From Camelus ferus (Eukaryota): DNA of 64,000 bases. The notes below the pieces were generated by a model. That model was not told the origin of the DNA, ran no database searches, and was given only the letters and a program-made list of their open reading frames with translations. Below, in pieces: positions 39,351 through 51,815 of the stretch (within the stretch, counting starts at the first letter, position 1; each line of letters begins with the position of its first letter). Location: positions 30,444,001 through 30,508,000 of the forward strand of contig NC_045706.1 of the NCBI RefSeq assembly GCF_009834535.1, read 5' to 3'. Both the position numbers and the translations under genes were made by a program.

Positions 39351-41569
39351 CTGCCCAGAAAAAGTACACAATGACGGTTAAACTGACAGATTGTTCATCT
39401 TTGCTGCTTTTAGCTCTTAGAGAAATGAGTAGGAGTTGTGTATGGAAAAATGTCTGGATGTCTGCCTTCTGCAGTGTTATTTATTCAGGTAATTTTTCTC
39501 TTTTTACCCTCAATTATTTCATCAAATGCTCATTGAGGGAGTGCTTCATGCCCCACTGCTCACAGTGATGGATGTCACATGCCCTTGGTAACATTTTGAG
39601 GTACAATTGGGCAAGTATGACAGTCAAAGGAGCCAAATCAACGAGTTGCAGGTTTTTATGACAAAGACACTAGTGGAATCTTTCCCTCTTGCTCCCGAAA
39701 CTTCTGGAACATTCTGGCTAGCCCAAATAGTGGTGTCACGGTTTCAAGCCTAGGAAACCTAGAAAACCAGCTCCATGCCTGGTTGTTCTGTGATATCTCA
39801 TAGTAGATAAGCCGCTGACACTGGCTCAATAAACACCAACCAACCTCCTTCTTTGAAAATAGAACAGACTGAAGATGGGGAACAAAGAGGCTTAGGAAGA
39901 GTCTCAACCCCATTTTGTTACTAAATAGTTGAAAAAGAACACTTTAACTTGGACAAATTTATTTGCAATTTCAAAATCCACAGGGATTTGGTTTCAAAAT
40001 AACTGATGAAAAGGAACAACTATCAATGGTTTCCACACTCTGTTGAACTCAAAGAACTTTTTTTTTCTGAATAGGAGGTGATTATAGACCAAATAATATG
40101 AAGTTATTTTTTGGAGTGAGTATTAATTTATGGAATTCACTGGATGAAGTATGGATATGAACTGAAAATAAAGTTTTACACGTACTGATGACAAATTTAT
40201 AATGGGTTCAAGTAATATTCAGCCTACATGTTAAGGTTCTTGTTTAAGGGAACCTCATATTTCACTTGTAACTAGTATCCAAAATGTGACCGTGGTCCTG
40301 GGTCAGACCAGACGTTTGACATAATTTGACAATTCACGTCTCATATGTACAGTTTAATTGCACTGTGTAACGTCCAATACTCCCTGTTAGTAAACTTTTT
40401 GACTTTTATTTTTGAAGTATTAGGGTTAAAAATAACTGCCACTAACCAGCTTAGTGACTTATCCTCTCTGAGCCTGTTAGCTAAGTGGATTAAAACTAGG
40501 AGATCTCACTTTCTGAACAGTTTTGAATAACTTATTTGACATCTGTGATTGCTTCAGAATAATCAGGGGAGGGAGTAGCCGTGGGTTAGAGATGAACTGA
40601 GCATGAGGTGATAATTTTTGAATCTGGAAGCTGGGTACATGGGAGCGAATTTTACTATTATCTCTAATTTTTTTATACGCTTGAAATTTTCTATAGAAAT
40701 GGGGGAAGACAAGAACCAAACAAACAAAACCAGGTGATCGCCTGCATTTCTTCCTAAGCTATCAGTCCTGGAATGATGTTGGATTCTTTTCTGTCCTTCC
40801 TCCTTCCAACATCATAGCTTTATAATCAAGTGATTCACCAGGCTCTGAAGAGTCAACACTTGGGAATAGTCATACATATTAGCCACCCCTAGTTAATGAA
40901 ACAAATTCAAAGGTTTATGATTTCAGTCACAACTTTGACAATTGTCTCTTCTTACTTCAGGCTTCTGGGAAACAAGAGGATTGCTCAGCCTTACTCCAAG
41001 GTAAGCTACCATCCAAAGTCTTCCTTGGGTTCCAGATTTTCATTTCGTTCTGTATAGGCAGCATCAAGGATGGAGAGAATGAAGTAAGGCAGAAATAGTT
41101 ACAGAGAAATACCTCCCATGCTCACTGGTTTGCAAACTATCCCGTGGTTGGACCAGTGACTTCATAATCACTCACTCCGAGTCACTGGAAGAAACAGCTT
41201 CTGCCACCAGTTCTCCTTATGTTGACTCAGATGCAGTACAGAGTAGGATATGGATATTAGTGGGCAGAACTAGCCCACACATGTCAGAAAATAAAACAGG
41301 GTTTCCATCAGAATTTTTATCTGCTTTTTCATTGCTTATCCCTAGCACCTGTAATAGTGCTTGTCCCATAGTGGACACTGAATAAATATTTGTTAAATAA
41401 AGAGGGATTTACTTTACATTAAATTCTGGTCATTGCTACATTACCAGATTGAATATGCCTTACAGCAGGGACTTATCCTTATTGACTTTGTGTCCTCAGC
41501 CCTGAGCACAGTTCCTGGCTGAATAATGTTTGCTGAACGAGCTTTTGAGGATTAAAACCTCTGGCTAAA

Positions 41570-42240
41570 ACTACAACTACATGCAAAAATATGGATGAAT
41601 CTCACAAAGTCTGGGGAAAGAAGCCAGAATGCAATAAAGTGCGTCCTATACGATTGCATCTATATAAAGAACAGAATCTAGCAAAACTAATCTATGCTGG
41701 CAGAAGTCAAGATAGTGGTTAACCTTGAAGGCGAGTAGTAACTGAAAGGGGGCACAAAGGGAAGACTTTGGAGTAATGATAATGTTTGGTTTCTTGACCT
41801 GGGTGCTGGTTACAAGGGTGTTGACTTTATAAAAAATCATGGTTGAGTCAGGGTGATGAATAGGCAGAGCGTAGGGGGGTTTTAGGGCAGTGAAAATACT
41901 CTGTATGATACCATAACAATGGATACGTGTCACTATACATTTGAACAAACCCATAGGAGGTCCAACACTGGAAGTCAACCCTAATGTAGACTATGGACTA
42001 TGGAGGATAAACTAAGTTCCTCGGTTGTGACAAACATACCACCTTGGCAGAGGAGGTTGGTGATGGAGGAGGCTATGCCTGTGTCAGGGTAGGGAGTCTT
42101 TGAGAAATCTCTATGCCTTCTCTTCAATTTTACTGTGAACCTAAAACTGTTCTAAAAAAATAGTCTTAAGCTATCGAGATGCACACTTAGGATAGGTGCA
42201 CTTTTCTTTAGGTAAATTACATTTCAATAAAAATTTTCTT
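41570..42240 (+). mobile_element. Old L1ME-type 3' end with a nested L1MC1-type 3' end (~41840-42168)
   Basis: atggatgaatctcaca...ttcttgacctgggtgctggttaca; insert ttttagggcagtgaaaatactctgtatgatac...ctgtgaacctaaaactgttctaaaa; the host resumes and ends ttcaataaa. Confidence 0.75.
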
Positions 42241-44219
42241 ATAAAAGCTGAAGAATTATCCCTCTGGCTAAGATAATAATGATTATCTTAGTCCTTCAAT
42301 TCTAAATTCAATTATAGTTTTCTGTGGACAAGGATTCCATGGACAAAGATTTGTAAAATCACACATATATTCTAAATATAGTTGAGCAGACTATCCATTT
42401 TATTATCCTATATCTTAAAAAGACTTGAAAAAATCATGTTCTGTAAAGATGGTGAAATGCTGATCTTTAATTTTTATGAGTTCCTTTATAAACGTTTGAT
42501 TTTAATATCGTGATTTGTTACTGAGCCAGGCATGTTAAGAATCCCACAGTCCCTGTTAAGGCAAACTGCCACCCCATCTCATGTTCACATACAACAGACC
42601 TGGAGCAGACCAGGGTGGCTGTGTTTTGTACCATATGACCTCCATCCCTTTTCATAGATGATTAGAGCAAGAAGGACTCAGTTCTGCATCCAGAGCTGCT
42701 GATCCTGAGGTTGGTCAGCATCCATGGCCCAACTACTCTGTTTCAAAAAGTTGAGCCAAAGACCCTTCTTGGAGATTTGGAATCACAAAGAGAGATGGAG
42801 CTAGTTGGCAGAGAGGCTGAAGGAGAAAGGATGCCTTAGGGTTGAGTTAGCCCTGTGGCAGGCAACCTGTGCAAGGCACATTTAGGAGAGAGGGGAAAGT
42901 GGAGGGGACCTCACAAAGAGCAGTGTGTGTGAAGACTGCAGCGGGGAGATGTCCAGATCTGCATTAGATCCCACACCAGCGCTTCTCGGTCTTGGTTGCA
43001 CTTGGAATCCCCTGAGGAGCCTTAAAAATACTGGTACCCGGTTCTCATCCTCAAGCATTCTGGTAAAACTCTACACCTGGGCATGGGATATTTAAAAGCT
43101 CCCCAGGCATCTCTTACAGGCACCCAGAGCTGCATGTGGTAAGCTTTCCGGTCAGTTACAATAGCCTTCCTTTACCTGTGGTGACCAAGGGGGCCTGTGC
43201 TCCTTGCAGCAAGTGTGGCTGGAGCAGCTGCTCTGGTACACAGAGGTGCTGTGGTTTGTCCTGTCTCCAGAATTACATGTAGCAAGAGTCCACAAAAAAT
43301 ATGACTCACATTTGATAACTGTCCTCACTACAGCAGCACATGGAGGGGTTGGGGGGAATTAACGTTGTCTGAATGAACTTGTCACCCAGAGCCACAAATC
43401 AGAGATCTCAACCCATAAACTTGCCAAGCAGCCATCCTGTGGGTTTGTGCAGAGATAATGGGAACATTTGAGATCTCTGCCACTTCCTCTATTCTTAAGG
43501 AGGGAAAAAGCCAGGCATTGTTTCCTAGAATTTTGGCAGAGGTGGACACAGGGATGTGCCTTGACCTTTCTGTTACCCTCCCTCCAAGGGCTGTGCACTT
43601 CTGTCTCTTAGCTGTCAGTCTTATGAATTCAGTAAGAAAACAGAGTGTAGGAGGAGTGGGGAGGATTTTCTTTCCTCTGCAAACAAGGGATTGTATGTTT
43701 CTTTACCAAGAAGGAGACTTAGGAAGATCATACATACCAGCTATCAATTCCATGCAGGCAATAGTTCATTCTTTAAATGATGACTGTTGCCTCCATTAGC
43801 CTATATTTCATAGACTTCTGCTGTATTAGCTTACTTGGTCTTTGAAACAACTCTGTGAAAGTGGTGAAGTAGATGTCAATATCTGTTTGACAGGAGGAGA
43901 CTGAGGCCCAGAGGGCTGTTAAAAGTTTTGACCAGGGTCCTAAGGCCCAAGACTCCTGGTCTACTGACCTTTCCACACACTGGGTAGTCTCTTAGTATAA
44001 GACCCGGGTCACGTAATGGCACAATATCCACATCCTGGCAGATAACTATAATAGCACTGCTCAACTTATCCAGATTTAAGAAAACCATTAAGTAATAATT
44101 CCTTTTTAAGAGAATAAATTAATCAAAATAGGCAATCGTAAAGTCACATTAAGATCATGTCAATGTCAATCTTTTTTGTTTTTTTCAAGCAAAGGATTTA
44201 AAAAATTCGAATGCAGTTT

Positions 44220-45590
44220 GGTGTATTCTGCTTAAGGATACTATATGCTCATTGCAGAAATTCTGGAAAACACTATACTCATACTACCCAAAGACATTGA
44301 TATGTGTACATATAATATATATGATATATACATATATATTTATAAAATTGGAATAATGGTTTTTATAGTGTTCTGTGTCCTCCTTTTCATGTACTTATTT
44401 TTTCAAGAATAGTATCTCATGACAAGAAACTTTCAATATGTAATTTTAACAGATGAGTACGTTTTGTAGTATAGATACATCAGGATTTAACATTTTTATT
44501 GTTGATTCCAATTTTCAGTATTACAAACACTACCATAACCATCCTCACATGCAGGTATTTTTCCATATCCCTAATTCTTTCCTTAGGATAGACTTAGGAT
44601 AGATTTCTAAAAGTAGCATTATTGGATTATATGGTTTTTAAGTCGAATTCTTTATTACTCAGTTGTATCAAATTACGTGTTCAGTTCTGAATCTAGAAAT
44701 GCCTATTTTACCACATCCTTACAAACATTTAGTATTATCATTTTTGTTTCTTTTTCTATGAAATCCTGTTCTTTGTCCATTTTTGTTGTTTTCTAAGCAC
44801 TTCTTATTTACTAAGAACATCACCTATTCTTTGCCTTTCTTATTTGATGCTAAGAGTTTTCCTCTATTGATTATGATTTGCCTTTTCAATCACAATTTTT
44901 AACATATAGATGTTTTATATTTTAAACAAAATAAATCAACTTCCATTATATATTCTTTCTTTACTGTAATTCTTAAAATGTTTTTCCTACCTTGAAATCA
45001 ATGAAATATTACCTACACCTCCTTCCTTAAATTCTTTTTAATGCCTGACTCTAATTTACTTGGGACTTACTTTTATCTATAATGTGAGGTGAGACACTGC
45101 CTTGATTCCTTCCTAGATAGTTACCCAAACTTGGCCAAAGCTTGTTGCTGAATAGTTAATGCCACCTCCATTTGTGAGTACATATTACTTCCTTCAAATG
45201 TCTGCTATTTTATTGGTTTTTCCAAAAATGAAATTTTGGATTTAGTTATCATTTCCCATGCTTCCTAATTTATTATTTGATGTTTATCTTTATTGTTTAT
45301 TTTCTCTTGATTTCCTTAGAATATTTATTGCTTCCTGCTCAATTCATATATGTTTATACTCTCTGATTTAAAATAAAAGTATTCAGAAATGTGACTTTAC
45401 TTCTGTATAAAGCATCCTATAAGTTTTGACACATAATCTCTTAAAATTGCATATTTGATTTCAACAAGTATTTAGAATAATAGTCTTAAAATTCCCTGTT
45501 GATGATAGGTTTTTCTTAAAAAAAAAAAAGCTTTCATGATTTTATGATTAATATCACACTGGGATTAGAGGATGAGATCTGTAAAATGTC
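44220..45590 (-). mobile_element. Highly degraded old L1
   Basis: T-rich, with decayed L1 antisense motifs (ttccttaggatagatttctaaaagtag, ccacatccttacaaaca, tataatgtgaggt). Confidence 0.55.
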
Positions 45591-48500
45591 TGCTAACCTT
45601 GAGCTCCAGTTCCTGCCTACATCCAACTGCCTGTAGGGGTGGGTCACGTCTCTCCAAATAAATTAACACTCAGGCCAGAAGGTTATTTGAGGGTTCCTAG
45701 TTGATCTGAAATCTAGGACCAGCAGCATTTAATTCAAAAGTAACAGAAAAATGGTTGATAGGGTTAGCCAGGAGTTCGGAGTGCTGGGGTCAGCAACAGT
45801 GAAGTAAAGGAAAGAGCAGAGGGTCACAGAATGAGGCTCTAGCTACATTAGAAGGAGGTCAAGGCTAAGGCTGCCCAACATCCAGCTGAGGGGCCAGAGC
45901 TGGGGGCCCACAAGAGTGAAATAGCTGGACAGGCACATGTGCCCATGCCAAGGCTATGGGCTGCTGAAGCAGCTTCTCGCCTCTTCTAGGGACCAGAGAA
46001 GGAGCACACTGAAGAGGGGAATCACAAAGCCTGAGTCCTAATTCCCACTTGGCCATAAATCCTCTGTGTGACCTTGAGCACATCGCTTCTCCTCTCTGTG
46101 TTGTCAAATAAGGGGTCTAGACTAGATAATGTTTTAGGTCTAGCTTAAAGACCTGTGAGTCTAGGCTCACTGCAGGCTGCAGGCTTCATTCCTGGAAGAG
46201 TAGGCATGGACTCTGCATGAGGAGTGGGGAGCAGTGGGGAGGCAGGTGTGCAGATGGCTGACTGGGAGGATAACCCTACTGGGAAAATCTCCCCTTATCT
46301 CAAACCAGACTGCTCGTCTGGTCACACCAGGGCCCCCTGGCTCTAATGACACTTCTTCAGACTCTCTCTAGTCAGTTGTGACATCTTCACTGCCATCAAA
46401 ATTGTCATTGGCCCACACATGGTCTGCATCTTTCAGCCTGACACAGATTCTCTCAGCTATGGAGGGGAGATGATTTAGGGGGCTCTCCCATACACCCCCA
46501 CCTCCATAAGGGCTACTCTGGATGAAGAATAGAAGGGTGAGCAGCCAGCATCGGGTTGTCAGTTAGAGGTGGCACTGGTAAGTTATAGAATAGAGAATCT
46601 AGTTTCTAAGCCTGTGGCTGCATGTATTATGTACATGATGTATCAAGGGGGTAAATCTATTTCATCATCTGGTAAAATAGAATTATAATCACAAAAAGAC
46701 TTCCTGGGAGATTCTAAGAATTACATGGGATAATGTGTAAGAACACGTCTCCAATGCTTCTGCCAAAGAACATCTAAGCAAAGAGCATAGACATAAAATA
46801 TCAGAGCTGGAGGAGCATTAGCTCCAGTTAAGGACCTTAGTTATGCAGCGAGGGAAAAGGTCCAGTGAAATTGTCACCTGCCTAAGAGAACTGTTATGGC
46901 CATTGTCCAGGGACTTAGGCAGCCATGGGCAATGTGTGTAAACACGCTTCCAGGTACATATGTGTGTCTGTATGTTTATATATGCATATATATGTATATG
47001 AGAGAGTAAGATGTACAAGCTACAGCTGTTGGAAGAATTGCAGGCACAGCTGGAAGGGCTGGGGCTCTGCGTAAATGATTCAGACCTTCTAGTTGTTACT
47101 AATATTCTCCTTTATCCAAAAGAATTGGGCTGGTTGAATGATAATTAATAACAGGCTGATGATTCACTTTAGTTAAATGCACACATTCTAAGTACATGTG
47201 CCACGTGAATAATTTACATTTGAGTATTTTAAAATATGCTCTTAAGATAAGAAAGCATTCAAATGGGAAACATCACACATGAGCACGTTATGTCACAGTT
47301 CTTTTTGACTCTCATCCTTGGAAAACATTTTCAGTGTAATGTTCAATGATCCTTAAGCAGACCAGCACCTCTTCAATTTGGATTGATGCAGAGAATAACC
47401 TTAACTTTCGCTCCACATAAATTTGAGGGGCGGGGCACTCTAGAGAGATATGCAGTTCAATTCCTCTTCTTATAGGTGAGGAAACCGAGGCCTGCAGCAG
47501 TAAGTGACTTAGCCAAGGTCACATCTTTGGTCAGTAGGAGGACCAGGTTTAGAATGTTGATTCTAGATTTGCAGGGGTTTCCTGGGGAATATTCTTGGCA
47601 TGCACACTAACAAAGATTTAAGCATGGACCTACTCCTTTGGTTTTATAGTTTATTACCTCTCATCCCAGGATAGTCAAAACTTTTCCTTTCTAGCAGTTG
47701 GCATAACTAGCCAACAGCCCACCTTCCCGATGTTTATAAATTCAGTCTGTGTCTCCCTGCTCCTGAAAAACTAAGGAGAAGGGACTTAGATTTTATTTAA
47801 AGCCTGTCTGTGCCAAGCCTCATCTTTAGCAGATTGCCATCTATTAACTCATTTTAATCCTCAAATGAACACTATAATGTAGGTTTTATAGTCTCCATGT
47901 AGAATACAAAGAAACCTGAGGTGAGAGAGATAAAGTAATTTAAAGCTTTTAACTGGCAGAGCTGGGATTCTGTGCTCAGGCATGACCTTCCCTCCTTCCC
48001 CTGCCCCCCAGGGTTGTTACTGGTCAAAGGCAAGGCCATGCCTCCTCCTGTTAGTCCCATCAGATCTGCCCAGTATCTGCTGGAGATCAAGACTAGCCTT
48101 GCCCAGCAGTTCCCCGAGTGTACTCCCTGGAACACAAGGCCTTCATGGGCTTGAGAGGTTTTACAAGAACAAACAACAAAAAAGAAACTGAACAAATAAA
48201 CTTGGGAAAGGTGAATAAGTGAAGTTAATCAGGGTTCCTAATTACACGAATCTTAAGTAAATTGAGACTCTTCAAAAGGGATTTAAATGTACAGTTTCTC
48301 CATTTTATTGATAATGGGGCCCACTGATTTTTACATAAAATGAATGTACCCAGGGAAATGCTGGTTTGCCATTTGGGAAGTGGCTGTGAGGGAACCCACT
48401 CAAAACAAAAATAGTGAGAGTGTGCATTTCAGCTCAAGGAGCTTTTTCCCATTGAACGGGCTGCAAATGATAATCTACTTCCTCCAAAAGATGGAGCATC

Positions 48501-51500
48501 CCCTGGGAGGTCCCCAAAGAAGCAGTGTGTGCCAAGCTGCTTGCCTGGGTGGAGAGCCTAGCTGTGAGGCGTGCTCGCAGATATCACCCTCAGTGAGTCC
48601 ACACTAACAAAACTGTCTGAGTCACCCCTTATATGGAGACAGATGGTTTCATATATCCTTTAAGATGGGACTCTTTCTACTTGCCTAAGCACTGCCAGCA
48701 AGGCTCTCTAGAACAAGGTGAGATATAAATAATTAAGCTAAGAAATAAAACGAACACCAAAGACATAGATTTCCCATATCCTATTAGAGGTTAAGAAAAG
48801 TAAAACAACATAAAATAATTCCAGAGGCTTTGCTAAGCCAAGGTGCATTGTGAACAGCCAAGCAGGGATAGAATGAGCAGTTTCCCAAATTTATTTGAGC
48901 ACAGAACTCTTTTCAGGACAATGTTCCACAGACCTCATTTAGAAAACATTGTTCTAAGGTGTAACTTTAAAGCGTATAAGTTCTCTTTTATTTGTTCTTT
49001 TCTTTTTTCTCTCTCTCCCTAATTTTTTTTAAAGTAGGGAGACCAGAGCGTACACATACAAATGAGAGTCGAATCCTAGGGAAACTCGATGTTCTTGCCA
49101 GCAACGCTCCCACTCTTTCAAAGGGCTTTTGAAACTCCTTTTCAATAATTGTCTCCAGGAATCAGGACACATTCCCCTGAATACCCTCATTAATGGCAAA
49201 GGTTGACCCTTTGAGAGGGGATTTGATTTGGGGAACAAAACTATGCAAAGTTAAACCCAGTGATTCATGTTCAAGAGGAAGTAGACAGAAGTAGTTAAAA
49301 GTGGGGGCTTGGATTTAAACCCCAGCTTTGCCATTTATGAGGAGTGTAACATCGAGGAGGCTACCTAACTCTTCTAGGACTCAGTGCTTCATCTGCAAAA
49401 TGAACATAATCGAACCTCCTCACAGGTTTATCGTGATGATGAAATAGATCCATAAAGTACCTAGCATCAAGTGATACAAAAATGACAGCTGTCCCCTAAC
49501 AAAACTTTGCCTGGTTCCATTTTTTGGCTTGCAAACTGGCAGGGAAGGCAATTCTCAAAGATCTAGACATGTTTAGTTATGGGAGCACAGTTAGGAAGAC
49601 TGTGATCTCCCATAAGGAATTCTCTGCAAGTCAAGAGTTATTTGTACATATGAATTCTAGTCTGTTTATTTTTCAAAGGCTCATTGTTTTTTAATCACAT
49701 TTTACACAGGCAAGCACCTGTCATCTTGCCATGTAAATTGGCCCCAAAGTTCCTTTCCAGTCCTTGCCCCAAGGGATGGATATTGAAATATTGTTTTATC
49801 ATCAGCCACCATGGGAAGTCCTGGTAAAGTCTCGATGGACCTGCCTGGGAAATTGGGAGCTACATTATTATTTTAATAATAACTTTATAATTAATAGCCA
49901 ATTCCATATTATGAGGCTTTTTCATTTAATAATCTAATTTACTGATTTGTTAGAATTGATACAATAAAATGTACCTGCTTTCTTTAACAAGGCTATTTTC
50001 TATATTACATTAATTTAAAGTACTCTTCGTAGAATAGAATACAACACAATAGAATTTTTAAGCAGAATGAGACCTTGGTTAATTGAACATGAAGGTCTCA
50101 AAAATGCCAATGTATGTTTTGTTTGGTCTTTATCCTGTTTACAAATCTGCCTCCAGGTTTCTGCCTTCCCCTGAAAATTAGAAAAATATGACCCCATATT
50201 TGTGTGCCATATTCTCATCAGCAATATAATCAGTTGGAGCTGAAGACGTCATTTTTAGGTAGGACATGTCTTCTCTGGTTTACTCCAGTCACTGCCACTC
50301 CCTATTGTCCTATACCCAACTGTTTCCTTCATTTACCTTATCACCCCAACCCCCATCGAGCATTTGAGTTTGAGAACCATAATTTAATCTGTCTCTGGTA
50401 TTTTATACATAAGATCTGAGGCCCAGGGACACAGCCCATTACTGGCTGAACTGAATTTCAAACCCACGTCTCCTGACTTCTACTTCAGGCTTCTTTCCAT
50501 CTTACTGCAGACGTACTCATCTGAAGACTGGCTAGTGTTAATTATTTTGAACCAAACTTGCCATGTTTTACAAAATATGGCGCCAGTTGTTTTATCATGA
50601 GGAAGAACTGGGAGAATTCTACTTCCGCTTCTACTCCCAGAAAGGTAAATAGTTCACGTCTCCTGTGAGAAGTATTGGAAGAAAGATTTTTTGGTGGGTT
50701 TTGATGGAGACCTATTTGTAGAACAATAAAATTTTAAAGCCAGCATCGAGGGCAAACCCAGCCTATACAATCAGATGCTAATCTGATGTTATGGTTGTTC
50801 AAATTAAAGTGATTTTCAGAACTACAATAAAAGCTAATGTTTATAGAGTTACAGGAACTGTACCAAGTGCTTTACATGTATTGTTTCATTTAATCCTGCC
50901 TGTAATCCTGTGTAACAGGTACTAGAGTTATTGCCTGCTTTGTAGATGCAGATAATGAGGCCTGGTTAAGCTTGCCCCAAATCACAGAACTAGGGAGCAG
51001 CAGACTAGGGATTTGAACCCATGTCTATTTGACCACAAAACCTGTGTTCTTTGCTATTTGTCACATGGCCAGCTCACCAGGCTGAGCCATTTTGCAATCA
51101 CAGCTGTCATTGTGACGCCCTGTGATCACTCTGTAGCCTATCTCAGCCATCAACAATGGGCACGAGTCGCCATCATCACCAGTCAGCTGAATGCCATTTT
51201 GAACAAAATGAGAGAGCTTATGAAGACCACCTTCTGATACATTCAAATACAGGCAAAATATAGTTTACCTTTCTAGGGCTCACTTCCACCTTGGAGCTGC
51301 CGTGCCAAGGTGGGGAGTGGGAGGCGTCACTCCCCTCTGTGTCTCTCACAGAGCCCAGTGCTGTGTCTGTTGCACAGCAGGGTCCCCAGACATGTCTGCT
51401 GACATGGGCGGCTTTGGCTTTCATTCTGTCACTGCCTGCCACTGTGCAGTGAATAGACACTTGTTTTAGCGAAGGCAATATAAAGAAATCAAAAGGCAGA

Positions 51501-51725
51501 CTCTCTTTGTGTTCACAAGTTTGTTTTTCACCTTAATAGTCTTAACCAACATTTTTCTTTGGATGTCCTAGCAAAGTAGATAAAGGGAGAGTGTTCCTCT
51601 TCACAGGAGAGAGGCTAATCAAACCTGAGAGAAAACCTAGGTCTCTTGTCAAAGACCTAGAGGAAGTCAGGGGGGGACAAAAGAGACTCAGGCAGTGGGT
51701 CTAAGAAAAAATTTTGGATGCTTTC

Positions 51726-51815
51726 TCTCCCATCCAAGTACTAACCAGGCCCGACCCTGTTTAGCTCCCAAGATCAGATGAGATCGGGTGCCTTCAGGGT
51801 GGTATGGGTATAGAC
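51726..51815 (-). pseudogene. 5S rRNA retropseudogene (nt 1-90 only, tailless)
   Basis: Reverse complement reads GTCTATACCCATACCACCCTGAAGGCACCCGATCTC...GGTTAGTACTTGGATGGGAGA, about 9 differences from mammalian 5S nt 1-90; flanked by a near-direct repeat tggatgctttc / tggattctttt. Confidence 0.95.

Noticed and set aside
51726..51815. Functional 5S rRNA gene
   Set aside because: Lacks the last ~30 nt, shows CpG decay, is single-copy and has a TSD.
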